From the NCBI RefSeq assembly GCF_044704955.1, contig NC_091980.1, positions 275,652,001-275,716,000 of the forward strand: 64,000 bases of DNA, in the 5' to 3' direction. Source of the DNA: Pristiophorus japonicus (lineage: Eukaryota). Below are positions 1 to 13,133 of this stretch, one piece after another. Within the stretch, counting starts at the first letter, position 1. Each line of letters begins with the position of its first letter. The notes below the pieces were generated by a model. It had not been told where the DNA came from, did no database searches, and worked only from the letters and a program-made list of their open reading frames with translations. The translations under genes and the position numbers were made by a program.

Positions 1-640
1 ATTGTGTCCATGCCGGCCAACAAGAGGTTATCCAGCCTAATCCCACTTTCCAGCTCTAGGTCCTTAGCCCTGCAGGTTACAGCACTTCAGATGTACATCC
101 AAGTACTTTTTAAATGCGGTGAGGGTTTCTGCCTCTACCACCCTTTCAGGCAATAAGTTCCAGACCCCCACAACCCTCTGCGTGAAGAAATTTCCCCTCA
201 AATCAACTCCAACCTTCTACCAATGACTTTAAATTTATGCCCCCTGGTTGTTGACCCATCTGCTAAGGAAAATAGGCCTTTTCTATCAACTATATTTAGG
301 CCCCTTGTAATTTTATACACCTCAATGAGGTCTCCCCTCAGCCTCCTCTGTTCGAATGAAAACAAATCCAGCCAATCTAATCTGTCCTCATAGCTTAGAT
401 TCTCCACTCCCGGCAACATCCTCGTAAATCTCTTCTGTACCTTCTCCAGTGCAATCACGTCCTTCCTGTAATGCGGTGACCAGAACTGCACGCAGTACTC
501 CAGCTGTGACCTAACCAGTGTATTATACAGTTCAAGCATAACCCCCCCTACTCTTGTATTCCATGCCTTGGCTAATAAAGGCAAGCATTCCGTATGCTTT
601 GTTAACCACCTTATCTATCTGGCCTGCTACTTTCAGGGAT
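1..640 (-). mobile_element. CR1/HER-type LINE, 3' fragment
   Basis: ORF 198..584 has CR1 ORF2 C-terminal motifs (LVRSQLEYCVQFWSPHYRKD, RRLRGDLIEVYKI, TTRGH). Confidence 0.9.
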
Positions 641-1185
641 CTGACACGACGGTTGATGACCGATGTAGCATAATTTGATCCAACATCTGAACAGATCCAC
701 AAATTGCTGCATTCAAAGAACACTCCAGGTCTTTGGTTCTATCCCCCCACCCCAATTTGACTGTAGTTGAAGAAGTTTCATGATTATTATGTTTGCCTTT
801 CTCCACCACACAGAGATTGTAGGTGAGTTAGGGTTCTTATAAACGAGCAGGGGAAAATAGTACAAAGTGGACATAATTAAGAAAAAGCTTCGGGAATATA
901 ATAAGAAAAGGCTGCACATTTGGATGTTTCTGGTCAAAATTAGGACCCATCTCCTCAAATTCATTGGCTGGTACGTAACCCAGCAGAATTTCAAAAAATG
1001 AATTGCAAATGGATGTGAGAGAGACTGAAATTTAAATGGGAAAGGAGCAAGCATGCCTTCATATGCAAATAAAAAAACTGCGGATGCTGGAAATCTGAAA
1101 TATAAACAGAAAATGCTGGAAATACTCAGCAGGTCAGGCAGAATCTGTAGAGAGAGAGAAACAGGTTGGTGACCTTTCTTCAAAA

Positions 1186-1673
1186 GGTCAGGGTAGATGC
1201 TGAGACATTGTTTCCCCTGGCTGGAGAGTCTAGAACTCAAGAGCATAGTCTCAGGATAAGGCCATTTTAACACTGAGATGAGGAGTTTTTTCACTCAGAG
1301 GGTTGTGAATCTTTGGAATTCTCTACCACAAAGGGCTGTCGATACTGAGTCATTGAGTATATTCAAGGCTTAGATAGATATTTGGACTCTAGGGAAATCA
1401 AGAGATAAGAGGATCTGGAGGGAAAGTGGAGTTGAGGTCGAAGATCAGCCATGATCTTATTGATTGGCGGAGCAGGCTCGAGAGGCAATATGGCCTTCAA
1501 TGTTCCCTTTAAGCCATGCAGCGCTCCAGGGATCCTGTGCAGCCGGTAAGCCAGCTTTTAAAATGAAAAAAAAAGGCGCATGCTCAGACTTTCGAAAGGA
1601 CCACGCAGCCCCCAAAAAATTACAGGGAACATTGATGGCCGATTCCTGCTCCTAATTCTTATGTTCCTATGTT
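1186..1673 (+). mobile_element. CR1 3' end with (TTCTTATG)-like tail, containing a MITE
   Basis: GAGTCTAGAACT..., TCACTCAGAGGGTTGTGAATCTTTGG, GATCAGCCATGATCTTATTG and microsatellite tail. Confidence 0.85.
1498..1634. mobile_element. hAT-like MITE
   Basis: TIRs CAATGTTCCCT / AGGGAACATTG; flanks ATGGCCTT / ATGGCCGA (degenerate 8-bp TSD). Confidence 0.75.
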
Positions 1674-1867
1674 CTAAGACTGGAAAATGTTACAAATGTA
1701 ACAGGCTTTAAGAAAGTACAGAGGCAGAGTATGGGGGGAGGGGAGGAAAAAAAAGGAAAGGTCGGTGATAGCGTGGAAAGCCCGAGGGATTAAATGATAA
1801 AAGGGATGATGGCGCAAGGCAAATGGGGATGGTAATGGGACAAGTAAAGAGGCAAGATATGGGTCTA

Positions 1868-2300
1868 GTTCACTGGAGTTTAGAAGGATGAGAGGGGATC
1901 TCATAGAAACATATAAAATTCTGACGGCACTGGACAGGTTAGATGCAAGAAGAATGTTCCCGATATTGGGGAAGTCCAGAACTAGGGGTCACAGTCTAAG
2001 GATAAAGGGTAAGCCATTTAGGACCAAGATGAGGAAAAACTTCTTCACTCAGAGAGTTGTTTTAACCTGTGGAATTCTCTACCACAGAGAGTTGTTGAGG
2101 CCAGTTCATTAGATATATTCAAGAGGGAGTTAGATATGGCCCTGATGTCTAAAGGGATCAAGAGGTATGGAGAGAAAGCAGGAAAGGGGTACTGAGATGA
2201 ATGATCAGCCATGATCTTATTGAATTATTGAATGATGGTGCAAGCTCGAAGGGCCGAATGGCCTACTCCTGCACCTATTTTCTATGTTTCTATGTTTCTA
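1868..2300 (+). mobile_element. CR1 3' end
   Basis: ORF MRGDLIETYKIL...SRTRGHSL...NFFTQRVV; (TTTCTATG)n tail. Confidence 0.9.
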
Positions 2301-2439
2301 GTCTAGACAAGCTCTAAATGGCAAAGCAGAATCATTACCAGCACCTGATGTCCAAAATAATGGGAGCAGTGGTTATGATCTGAAATTGTTCAACTCCATG
2401 TTGAGTCCGCAAGGTTGTACAGTACCTAATTGAAGGATA

Positions 2440-3215
2440 TAACTGCATTTATATAGCACGTTTCACAATTTCAGGATGTCTGTATGTGCTTCAGAACCAA
2501 TGAATTACTTTTGAAGTGTAGTCACTGTTGTTATCTGGGCAATCAGAGCAGCCAATATCAACACAGCAAAAAGCCACGAACAGCAAATATATGAGCAGTT
2601 AATTGGTTTTCATTACAGTGGTTGAGAGGGGAATATTATCAGCACACCCAGAGAATTCTCGTGTTTATCTTGAAATAGTGCCTCGCCCAGCAAATAATAG
2701 GTGGGGCCAAAATTTAATATCTCATTTGAAAGACAGCACAGCAACTCCCTCAGTAAGAGAAACAAATGCTATGAAGAGAGAGCAATCTAGGACCGAGACT
2801 TGCTTTCTATTACAAATGAACTAATGGGCATATTCTCTTACATTAATGAAAAAGTCAGGTCGCTCCATCTGTGAAATGTTAGAGACCAGTGCATCAGCAA
2901 CTCAACTGTTGTTCCTTTGGATGAGGTATTAAATCGAGGCCATACCTGCCTATTTCTGTAGTTCAGGACGTTAAAGACCCCATGAACCTATTTGAAAAGG
3001 AAGGTTCTTGCAATGTCCTGACCAACATTTCTCCCTTTGTCAACACCACCAAAAAACACAGGAACTGGCCATCTATCTCATTGCTGTGCAAAGTCTTGCT
3101 GTGAACAAATTGGTTTCCCCTCATATCAGTCACTCTACTTCAAAGTAACTCAATATATTTGAGGGGCTTTGGGGCATTTGAGTCATATGGTAATATAGCT
3201 GCAAGCTTTTCTTTT
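2440..3215. mobile_element. Two degraded DeuSINE/SacSINE-like SINEs in opposite orientation
   Basis: Share TTGAAGTGTAGTCACTGTTG and TTGCATTTATATAGC motifs with copies at 38.2-39.3 kb and 44.6 kb. Confidence 0.6.
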
Positions 3216-3358
3216 TCTTTATATCTGCATGCAAACAGAGCCAAGCCTCACAGCTGGTTATTTGCTTGTTCAATCTCCACAGCTTAATGACATTTCAGTC
3301 AGATCTATAGAAACACAAGAATAGAAATCAAAGCCGAGTGGATCAGCGCTATGCAGAG

Positions 3359-3491
3359 CAATGTTCCCTTTCATTTTTTGGGAGGGTACGCAGCCCTATT
3401 AAAGGGCTGCACGGCCCGTTCAGAATACCGCGCATGCGCGGGTCTTCCTATTTAGAAGCCCATGAGCTCCCGAGCGCTAACGGGAACACTA
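3359..3491. mobile_element. hAT-like MITE
   Basis: TIRs CAATGTTCCC / GGGAACACTA; perfect 8-bp TSD ATGCAGAG (3351-3358, 3492-3499). Confidence 0.8.
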
Positions 3492-5077
3492 ATGCAGAGC
3501 ATGCCCCATTTCGCAAATCGAGACCATCACCCCAATTCAAAGTGGAAGTACCACATTCCCCAACAGGTTCTGTGACTAGGAGGATGACGACAAGAGGTCT
3601 GCTGCCTTCACAATGGTGCACTCAAAATCGCAGGCCAGCCAATGGAGGGGAAGGAACCAAATTGTTTCCTCCCCCTATAGTATAAATGTTGTAGTTGCCG
3701 TGATACAACGAACAAAGTTGAATTATGGTGCATGCATAGCAACCTAGAAAACTAGCAAAAGCGGACACAGTCGCAGAAAACTTAAGAACGGTCATAAGAA
3801 ATAGGAGCAGGAGTAGGCCATTTGGCCCCTCGAGCCTGCTCCGCCATTCAATAAGATCATGGCTGATCTGACCTCGGCCTCAACTCAACTTCCCTGCCCG
3901 CTCCCCATAACCCTTGACTCCCCTGACACACTTCTCCTGGGAGTGGTTTGGCTGCCCACCCCTGTCCCGCCTCCGTTAAAATGGAAGTGGGCAGGTCCAA
4001 GATTTTTTACATTTTAACATCCCACCTGACCCAAACCCAGCCGTCTTTGGGGGTTAAAATTCCCCCCTCATTTTGTCAGCAAGTGTTGGCACGTGGATAG
4101 GGTCTCAAAAACACCAACGGTCGATATTTCAAACGAAAGACTTGCAATTATATAGCGCCTTTCACAACCTCAGGACGTCCCGAAGCACTTTACAGCCAAT
4201 TTTGAAGTGTAGCCACTGTTGTAATGCAGGTTTGTGGGAGACATTTACTTGCAACTAGTCGTAGTATTGGTTTCATATAGATTGCATATTTATGCAGAAT
4301 GTTTGCTTTAATAAAACTGAAGCTCTACTGACATAGCAATGACAACTTAACATTCCAAGCAGAAAGGACACAATTTAAATGAAATTCTTCCACCTCAACT
4401 CTTTCAAATCAAGCCTAAACTAATAGGACAACCTCCTGAGTGACCTCCTTTGGATTTAATGGCATTTTTTGCCATTTATATACACAGTAACAAGCACAAA
4501 ATAAATGATCCTGTCAATGAAAAGAGGAAAATAAGGAGTATATTTCCTCCTCCCAAGTAACACAGAGAGCACTTTAGTCACACAAAACGACTGAGTCACC
4601 ACGCCACAATCCCTCAATTCATTCAGCTGCTACTAACAACGACTCTTGGATTAGCAATTTCTTCGAGCTGAGTGAATGATCATTTACAATGCTTTGGGGA
4701 GACAAAAGGGGTTACTTGACTTGAGCCATGTGGGCTCTTCCATCGGACCACATTTATTATTTTAAACACCAAACTAGAGAGGTTCTTCTACCTTGTACAT
4801 GAGAAACCAACCGCTCAACAGCTCAAAAGAAGATTGATGCTTTTCCTCCCATGGCATTTTCATCACAGCCAACATTAAACAGATTTTGCAAAGTAATTCA
4901 CAATCCCCTTTGTGAAACAGAATCACAAAAAGGTCACGGCACGCGGTCTATATGGGATGCCCTTGATGTATCAAATCCATTAAACAAAGAAACAATTTTC
5001 GCTTTCAGAATGTTATTGAACATGAATCAATGGGTCAAACAAGTAACAGCACCTGGAATGAAGATATTGTGACTCAC

Positions 5078-5102
5078 CTGTACAACGTCTATGCCTCTTT
5101 TC
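5078..5102 (-). CDS. ITPK1: ITPK1 second coding exon (25-nt micro-exon, (R)KRGIDVVQ)
   Basis: tttctAG|G AAA AGA GGC ATA GAC GTT GTA CAG|GTgagt; phase matches the 95-nt first coding exon; the vertebrate protein as recalled reads LCRKRGMEVVQ. Confidence 0.93.
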
Positions 5103-7654
5103 CTAGAAAAGAAAGGACAGAGTAATTAGGGAAACGCTGTCCTTGTGCAATATTGCAGAAATATACAGCTTCAAAACAGTAAGCTGTAAAAATAAACTAT
5201 TGTTCCATCAAACGCCAAACATGTGGGTTAGAGTTTCTGGTTTTCCAGCAAAAGAAAGTTCATCAAACTCTGCTTTACAAATCACATGAACAACGATGTT
5301 ATGAGAACTTGCAACAAACATAACTGGACATCCAGAATCTCAAAGAGTCAAATAGTTTCTTTTTTTGCAGATGATCCCAAGGGTTTCGGCTCAGTTCAGG
5401 TCTTTAAAGGGCGAATAAAAATATAAACACTTAAAATACCAAAGTGGTTAGGAAATGGAAGCGGCCCCAATGGTTTTCAATCAGACAGCATGATTTTTGA
5501 AAATATGATGACTTGGAAATTTCCAAACATGAACCAGCCACCAAAATTCCAGTTTTTAAAAAAAAGTGCGACTGCCAATACAAGCAATTTTAGTCCTCCT
5601 CGCAAATCTTCATTGACTACAATTGGAACCAAGCTGAAGTTTGCCTACAAAGTCTGCACTTTCCTGCTCAACATCCACAAGATCAAGGACATTCTAGGTG
5701 TGGCAAGAGCAGCCAGCAAGCACACATTAAAGCACTCAAAAACGACATTGTAAATAAATGCACTTTATTCCAATTTTCTCCAGTACTTTGGTTTGAAAAT
5801 GTTTATCATAAGAACATAAGAACATAAGAATTAGGAACAAGAGCAGGCCATCTAGCCCCTCGAGCCTGCTCTGCCATTCAATAAGATCATGGCTGATCTG
5901 GCCGTGGACTCAGCTCCACTTACCCGCCCGCTCCCCGTAACCCTTAATTCCTGATCAAATATTTTGTGAAGCAGGATAGGAACCTTCTGTTCAATATCAA
6001 TTAAGATGGTATGTTACTGACATCAAGCCATTCTTCTCAACCATGGTGCTTCACCTATAGCCTAAACCCCATTTGATTTTGAACTGTGCAAAACAATGAA
6101 AGAAATGTAGTGACAATTCTAAGTAGAAGATTTTCCTTTTTTTATCCAGTGACAGAATTAGGCACAGATTCGCCCCTATTCTGTCCTATCAATGTCTCTA
6201 TATCCGAATCTTGAAAGAGAAAAATACTAATTTATTTTTCACTGAATTAAAAAGCATTGGCATCCAGATCATTAAGGACCCAGGCTCTATCGCTAGTCAA
6301 CACTTAGTTCCTTTCAGTCAGTGTGAGGCAATTGGCCTCAGCATCGCAGATTTTGGGAGAGGCAAAACTAAATAGCATGGGCTCACACTCCTGACCTTTG
6401 CAAAGGCACATGTGGGCATTGTATACGAATCAGGACAGGCTAGGCTGCACCAGCTCTCCCCAGCCAAATAGTGCACCAACAATTATTGTCCAGGAAGACT
6501 AGCCATAAGAATGAGAACTCATAGGGCTACTGGCATCTGTGGAACTGGATGGTTCACTACCAGCATGGCTCACTATCTTCAAGGAAGAACAAAAGATTAA
6601 TGTTTAGCAAGAGAAGAAAAGGTCATTAGGCCAAACAAGTCCATGCTTTTTTCATTAATCAATGGCACCTACCTGCTTTCTTGCCACATCACTCAATCCC
6701 TTCTCACTCAGGAAATGCATTCAATTGTCTCTCAGATCTAATCATACTGTCTGTTTTCTATTCACAATGTCTGGTGACTATTCCACATTTTTTTAAACAC
6801 TTCTGGTGAAAAAGTTCCACTGTTTTTTTTAACCTGGAACTTCCTAATTTTTAAATGTCTAGATCCTTTGGCATTTGGTATCCCTTATTTACAGGTGGGG
6901 AAGGGAGGAAATTGCGAGAAGCAAGTACTTTCCGATTGTTTTAATTCTTTATTGGCATTTGACATAGTAGCTACTGATACAGAGTCCACTCTCAATCATT
7001 GCAGCAGCAATCAATGCAATTCTAACGAGCTTCTCCACACTCTCCATCCTTTGTGCAATCTTTGGATTTCTAAGAGAGAATTTCAAGAGGGTGATTCTAA
7101 ATTTAAAATTGTAATCAATATAACTTATCTTTTTAGTTGCCATTTGTGCAAAATGACACATACTGCCAAGAAGAGAGTGCAAAATCAAATTACACTGCAG
7201 TGGTTCTCAAATTTATCAAGTTGGGCGTCCGTCGCTAAGGGAACCTGATCCTCTCGCACCTCTCTCTAGCTAAGGATTCTGATACCGTTAAATCTTTAGG
7301 AACAAATCTCTCTACCTCCTTCCTTCCTTCCGAGACTTGCAACAGTCAGTCTTCCTCACCAGAACTGCCAAATTCTTTCCAGAATCTTCCAGAATAGCGG
7401 CAGATGGAATCTCTATCACATTCTGCCTGTGTCACTCAGGAATTCTTCTGAAGAGAATTTTTAATTAATTTTCATTTGAAACCGATAAATGTTAATTTGT
7501 CCCCAATTCCTCTCAAAACTCTACCGCTCATTCCCCAGCTGAGGGGCCAAACAGACAACCTACAGATAAGGCTGGTGTTGCCCCACGAGGAGATCCTGCA
7601 GGAAATCAGCAATTCCATGAGCTGGGATCTGCTCCTGGCACTCTAGCCACCAAA

Positions 7655-8130
7655 ACAACAACTTACATTTATATAGCGCCCTTAACGTAGTAAAAGGTCC
7701 CAAGGCGCTTCACAGGAGCGTTATCGGACAACATTGGACACCGAGCCACATAAGGAGATATTAGGACAGGTGACAAAAAACTTGGTTAAAGAGGTAGGTT
7801 TTAAGGATTGCCTTAAAATTGGAGGGAGAAGTGGCGAAGCATAAAGGTTTCGGGAGGAAATTCCAGAGCTTAGGGCCCAGATGGCTGGAACCACAGCTGC
7901 CAGTGGCAGTGCGAAGGAAATCGGAGCTGCACAAGGGGCCAGAATGCAGAGTTCTTGGAGGGTTGTAGGGCGGGAGGAGGTTACAGAGTTAGGGAAGGGC
8001 GAGGCCATGGAGGGATTTGAACACAAGGAGGACATTTTTTTAATCGATGCGTTGCTGGATTGAACGTGGGTCGGCGAGCACAGGGGTGATGAGTGAACGG
8101 GGCTTGGTGCGAATTAGGATACGAGCAGAA
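7655..8130 (-). mobile_element. L2-like LINE 3' fragment
   Basis: Homologous to copies at 18700-19270 (-) and 43420-43865 (+), which encode SPITPVLADLHWL..QRL.F.IL. Confidence 0.7.
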
Positions 8131-8439
8131 GAGTACTATATGTCAATCTCAATTGGAATCCTTGGATGCCCAAGAATGGAAAACACACCAGAACCACCAA
8201 TTAGAATGCCGGGCCCAAGTACAGATTATGTGTCAATATGGCTGACAGCACAGCCACTGCAAAGTGTGTCTGCTCCACATGATTTGCATTTGAGGACGGA
8301 TATGTGGAATACAATCATACTGTACGTTATGCAAAGCACAGTATATAATTTCAATACACAGATGATGTAAAAGTTCACATGCATTTATTTGCAAATAAAG
8401 CTGCAAGGATGCAGAACAAATTTCTGTAAGCAGATTAAG

Positions 8440-9010
8440 CACTGGGAGAATGGGCCAAACTCTGGTAAATGGTACAGAACAGATAGTGTTCTGGATGTGA
8501 TAGAGGTATATAAAATAGGTCAAGGGCCAGAATGTGTACCTATTGATATACGCATAACCCCTGGTCTCCCCCAGTCTAAGTTACGCAAGTCTCGGACTAG
8601 GTTAGATGTTAGGTAGTACTTCTTTCCCCAGAGGATAGTAGATTCGGAGGAAGTTGCTAGCTTGGGTGAGTAGTGTTGACTCTACAAATCTTCAAATGAG
8701 AGCTGGACCAATTCCGGACTGAGGCAAAGATCATATCTTGTAAAAGGTAGAGGAAATACCAGGTAATATAAGCTTAGTCAATGTTGTTTCCCAGGCTAGT
8801 TTTGTTTGCCTAATTACCCAGACTTTTTCCCCCAATTGGTTTGGGGTTTTTAAATCTGTGTTTTTCTACTTTCTCCCATGGCTGCTGGTGGATGAATGGG
8901 AGGGTGGTAGTAAAGGGGAGTGTCATCTTGATGATTCAAGCTAACAGCTGTGTGGGGAATGCTTGATGAACCAGATAAACTTTTCCTGGTCTTTCATTCC
9001 CATATGTTTG
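8440..9010 (+). mobile_element. Old CR1-like 3' remnant
   Basis: Degenerate DVIEVYKI motif and TTCTTTCCCCAGAGG; 3' UTR related to 33740-34120. Confidence 0.5.
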
Positions 9011-11575
9011 TATAAAGCACACTGCATTTCCTAAACTATGCATCGGCCAGTAACGATAGGCAGTCCCTCGGAATCGAGGAGGACTTGTTTCCACTCCCAA
9101 AGTGAGTTCTTTGGTGGCTGAACAGTCCGATACGAGAGCCACAGACCCTGTTACAGGGGACAGACATTTGTCGGGGGAAGGGGTCGGTGGAGCTGGTTTG
9201 CCGCGCGCTCCTTCCGCTGCCTGCGCCTGGCCTCTTCATGCTCTTTGCGTTGAGACTCATAGAGCTCAACGCCCTCCCGGATGGACTTTCTCCACCTCGG
9301 GCGGTCTGCGGCCAGGGTCTTCCAGTTGTCATTGGTGATGTCGCACTTTACCAGGGAGGCTTTGAGGGTGTCCTAACGTTTCCGCTGTCCTCCTTTGGCT
9401 CTTTTACCATGAAGGAGCTCCACATAAAGCATTTGCTTAGGGAGTCTTGTATGTGGCATGCGAACTATGTGGCCTGCCCAGCAAAGCTGATCAAGTGTGG
9501 TCAGTGCTTCAATACTGGGGATGTTAGCCTGGTCAAGGACATTGATGTTGGTGCGCCTGTCCTCCCAGGGCATTTGCAGGATCTTGCGGTGATATATCTC
9601 CAGCGACTTGAGGTGCCTTCTGTACATTATCCATGCCTCAGGCCCATACAGGAGGGCGGGTATTACTACAGCCCCGTAGACCATGAGCTTGGTAGTAGAT
9701 TTGAGGGCCTGGTCTTCAAACACTTTTCCGCAGGCTGCCGAAGGCTGCACTGGCGCACTGGAGGCGATGCTGAATCTCCGCATCAATGTCTGCCTTTGTT
9801 GATATGAGGCTGCCGAGATATGGGAAATGGTCCACGTTGTCCAGGGCCGCGCCGTGAATCTTGATGATTGGAGGGCAGTGCTGTGCGGCAGTGACAGGCT
9901 GGTGGGGGACCTTTGTCTTACGGATGTTAAGCGTAAGGCCCATGCTTTCATATGCCTTGGTGAATACATTGACTATATCCTGGAGTTCAGCCTCTGAATG
10001 TGCACAGACGCAGGCGTCATCCGCATACTGCAGCTCAACGACAGAGGTTGGGGTGATCTTGGACCTGGCCTGGAGGCGGCGTAGGTTAAACAGCTTCCCA
10101 CTGGTTCTGTAGTTTAGTTCCGCTCCAGTGGGGAGCTTGTTGATTGTGAGGTGGAGCATGGCGGTGAGGAAGATTGAGAAGAGGGTTGGAGCGACAACAC
10201 AGCCCTGTTTGACCCCGGTCCGGATGTGGATTGGGTCTGTAATGGATCCGCTGGTAAGGATCACGGCCTGCATGTCATTGTGAAGCAGGCGAAGGATGTT
10301 GACAAACTTTTGGGGGCATCTAAAACGGAGGAGGACGCTCCATAGACCCTCACGGTTGACAATGTCAAAGGTCTTGGTAAGATCGAAAAAGGCCATGTAT
10401 CAGGGCTGGCGCTGCTCACTGCATTTTTCCTGCAACTGGCACGCTGCAAAGATCATGTCTGTTGTGCCCGTAGGGGACAAAATCCGCATTGTGATTCCGG
10501 GAGGAGCTCCTCGGCCACAGGGAGAAGACGGTTGAGGAGAACTCGAGTGACAACTTTCCCAGTGGCTGATAGCAGGGAGATTCCTCTGTAGTGGCCGCAG
10601 TCGGACTTGTCCCCTTTTTAAAAATGGTCACAATCACTGCATCTCTGAGATCTCCCGGCATGCTCTCCTCCCTCCAGATGAGAGAGATGAGGCCAACAGT
10701 GCCTCTCCGCCATATTTTAGCGCCTCAGCAGGGATTCCATTCGCACCCATAGCCTTGATATTCTTAAGCTTTGCCAGCCTCGTGCAACGTTGGAGTTTCA
10801 CTGAGTTGGTGGCAGGTCGCATGCTGAGGGATGGGATCGAGAACACTCGAGTAAAAGGCAAAGTCTTGATTGAGGAGATCTTCAAAGTGCTCCTTCCATC
10901 GGGCCCTGACAGCCTCGGTGTCCTTGATAAATGTTTCCCCATTCTTGGCCAGGAGCGTGGTGGGGCCTTGGGAGTTTGGACCGTAGGTGGCCTTGACTGC
11001 AGTGAAGAATCCTCGCATATCGTGGCTGTTGGTCAGTTGTTATATTTCCTGTACTTTCTCCATCCACCACCTGTTCTTTAGGTCCCAAATCTTTTGTTGG
11101 ACCTGAGCCTTGAGCCGTCTGTAATGTTGTTTTGCAGCTCCCGAGTTGGGCTGTTGCTTGAGGCTCAGAAATGCTTTGCGCTTGCAATCTATTATTTCTT
11201 CGATCTCCTGATCATTTTCATCAAACCAGTCCTGATGTTTTCTGGTTAATTGACCAAGTGTATCTTCACAGGCGCTGGTTATAGAGGCCTGGAGGGCAGA
11301 CCAAGCACTATGGGGATTCAGCATCTCAGGGTCATCAAGGCAAGCCAGATTGGCTGTGAGGCGCTGGCTGTATAGGGCTCTTTTAGCTGGGTCTCTAAGT
11401 GCCCCGGCATTAACTTTTTTGCAGAACTGCTTCTGCTGTCCCCTCTGCGTTGGGGCAATGTTAATGTTGATGATGGATCGGATTAGGCGGTGGTCCGTCC
11501 AGCAGTCATCAGCTCCTGTCATAATGCGGGTGATGCGCACATCCTTGCAATCCCTGGCTCGGGCGATGACATAGT

Positions 11576-11786
11576 TATTGTGTTCCTAACACAGGTGAGG
11601 CTGCACAGAGGGAGGTTAAAGTAACAGTGACCTCAGTCTTTAATAAGACACTCCAGAGTGAGGAACAGGCCGAAGGAGCCGGCTCATATACAGTGCTCCC
11701 AAGGGATGCTGGGATCCTTTGGGACTTCAGGGGATGAGCTCCCTGGTGGCGGAACATGGGAGTGCATGCTTTACAGATACACAACA
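11576..11786 (-). repeat. 3' LTR (211 bp)
   Basis: Direct repeat of 15962-16157; preceded on the minus strand by a polypurine tract. Confidence 0.95.
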
Positions 11787-11824
11787 TCACTCCCCCCCAC
11801 CTCCCTGCAAAGTCAATGTGAAAA

Positions 11825-13090
11825 CTATTTACAAGGTGAGGCAGTCAGGACCCTTTCTTTCCCTGGTGGACCGCCTCGGTACAAATGTCTGTTCTGGTGT
11901 GTTGGCTGTGCCCTCACTGGGCTGGCATGTTGTTGGCCCTGCAGGGCTGCGAGGTGAGCCTGGCCTTGCTGGGCTGTTGGGCGTGATGGGTTCGATTTCC
12001 TGGTCCGGCGTGGTGTCGTTGATCCTTTGGGTGTGTGTTGTGGGCTCGAAAAAGATGGTATCTGCTGTGGGTTGTTCAGGCAGTCTGTGAACCGCAGCCT
12101 CGTTTGGTCCAGGTGCTTTCTGCAAATGTGTCCATTGTCTAGTTTGACTACAAATACCCTATTCCCTTCTTTAGCTATCACTGTGCCCGTGATCCACTTG
12201 GGACCATGTCCATAGTTTAGCACATACACAGGGTCATTCAGATCAATTTCCCGTGACACACTGGCACGACCATCGTTTACATTTTCTTGCTGCCACCTGC
12301 TCTCTACCTGATCATGCAGGTTGGGGTGAACCAGTGAGAGTCTGGTTTTAAGTGTCCTTTTCATGAGTAGCTCAGCCGGGGGCAACCCTGTGAGCGAGTG
12401 GGATCTTGTGCGGTAGCTGAACAGTACTCGGGACAGGCGGGTTTGGAGTGAGCCTTCTGTGACTCGTTTAAGGCTCTGTTTGATAGTTTGTACTGCCCGC
12501 TCTGCCTGCCCATTGGAGGCTGGTTTAAACGGGGCCGAGGTGACATGTTTGATCCCATTGCGGGTCATAAATTCTTTAAATTCGGCACTGGTGAAACATG
12601 GCCCGTTGTCACTGACCAGTATGTCAGGCAGGCCGTGGGTGGCAAACATGGTCCTCAGGCTTTCAATGGTGGCGGTGGCGGTGCTTCCCGACATTATTTC
12701 ACATTCAATCCACTTTGAAAAAGCATCAACCGCCACCAGGAACATTTTACCGAGAAACGGGCCCGCATAGTCGACATGGATCCTCGACCATGGTCTGGAG
12801 GGCCAGGACCACAAATTTAGTGGTGCCTCTCTGGGCGCGTTGCTCAACTGAGCACATACGCTGCATTGCCGTACACAGGACTCTAAGTCAGAGTCGATAC
12901 CGGGCCACCATACGTGGAATCTGGCTATCACTTTCATCATTACTATACCTGGGTGTGTGCTGTGGAGATCCGAGATGAACGTCTCCCTGCCCTTTTTTGG
13001 TAGCACTACGCGGTTACCCCACAACAGGCAGTCTGCCTGAATGGACAGCTCGTCCTTTTGCTGCTGAAATGGCTTGATTGGCTCTTGCAT
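11825..13090 (-). pseudogene. Gypsy integrase region
   Basis: HHCC (HSTH...CSVC) and DDE core (DYAG...SDNG...AERAV). Confidence 0.92.
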
Positions 13091-13133
13091 TTCAACGGGG
13101 ATGCTGGCCCAGCTCCCATGCAGTACACAGTTT

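Larger units (their letters stand above)
1068..2438 (-). mobile_element. Penelope-like element 3' remnant, interrupted by CR1 fragments
   Basis: Minus strand 2438-2373 reads ILQLGTVQPCGLNMELNNFRS*, resembling a GIY-YIG C-terminus. It is followed by a 3' UTR and a pLTR-like segment (1068-1185). Confidence 0.65.
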
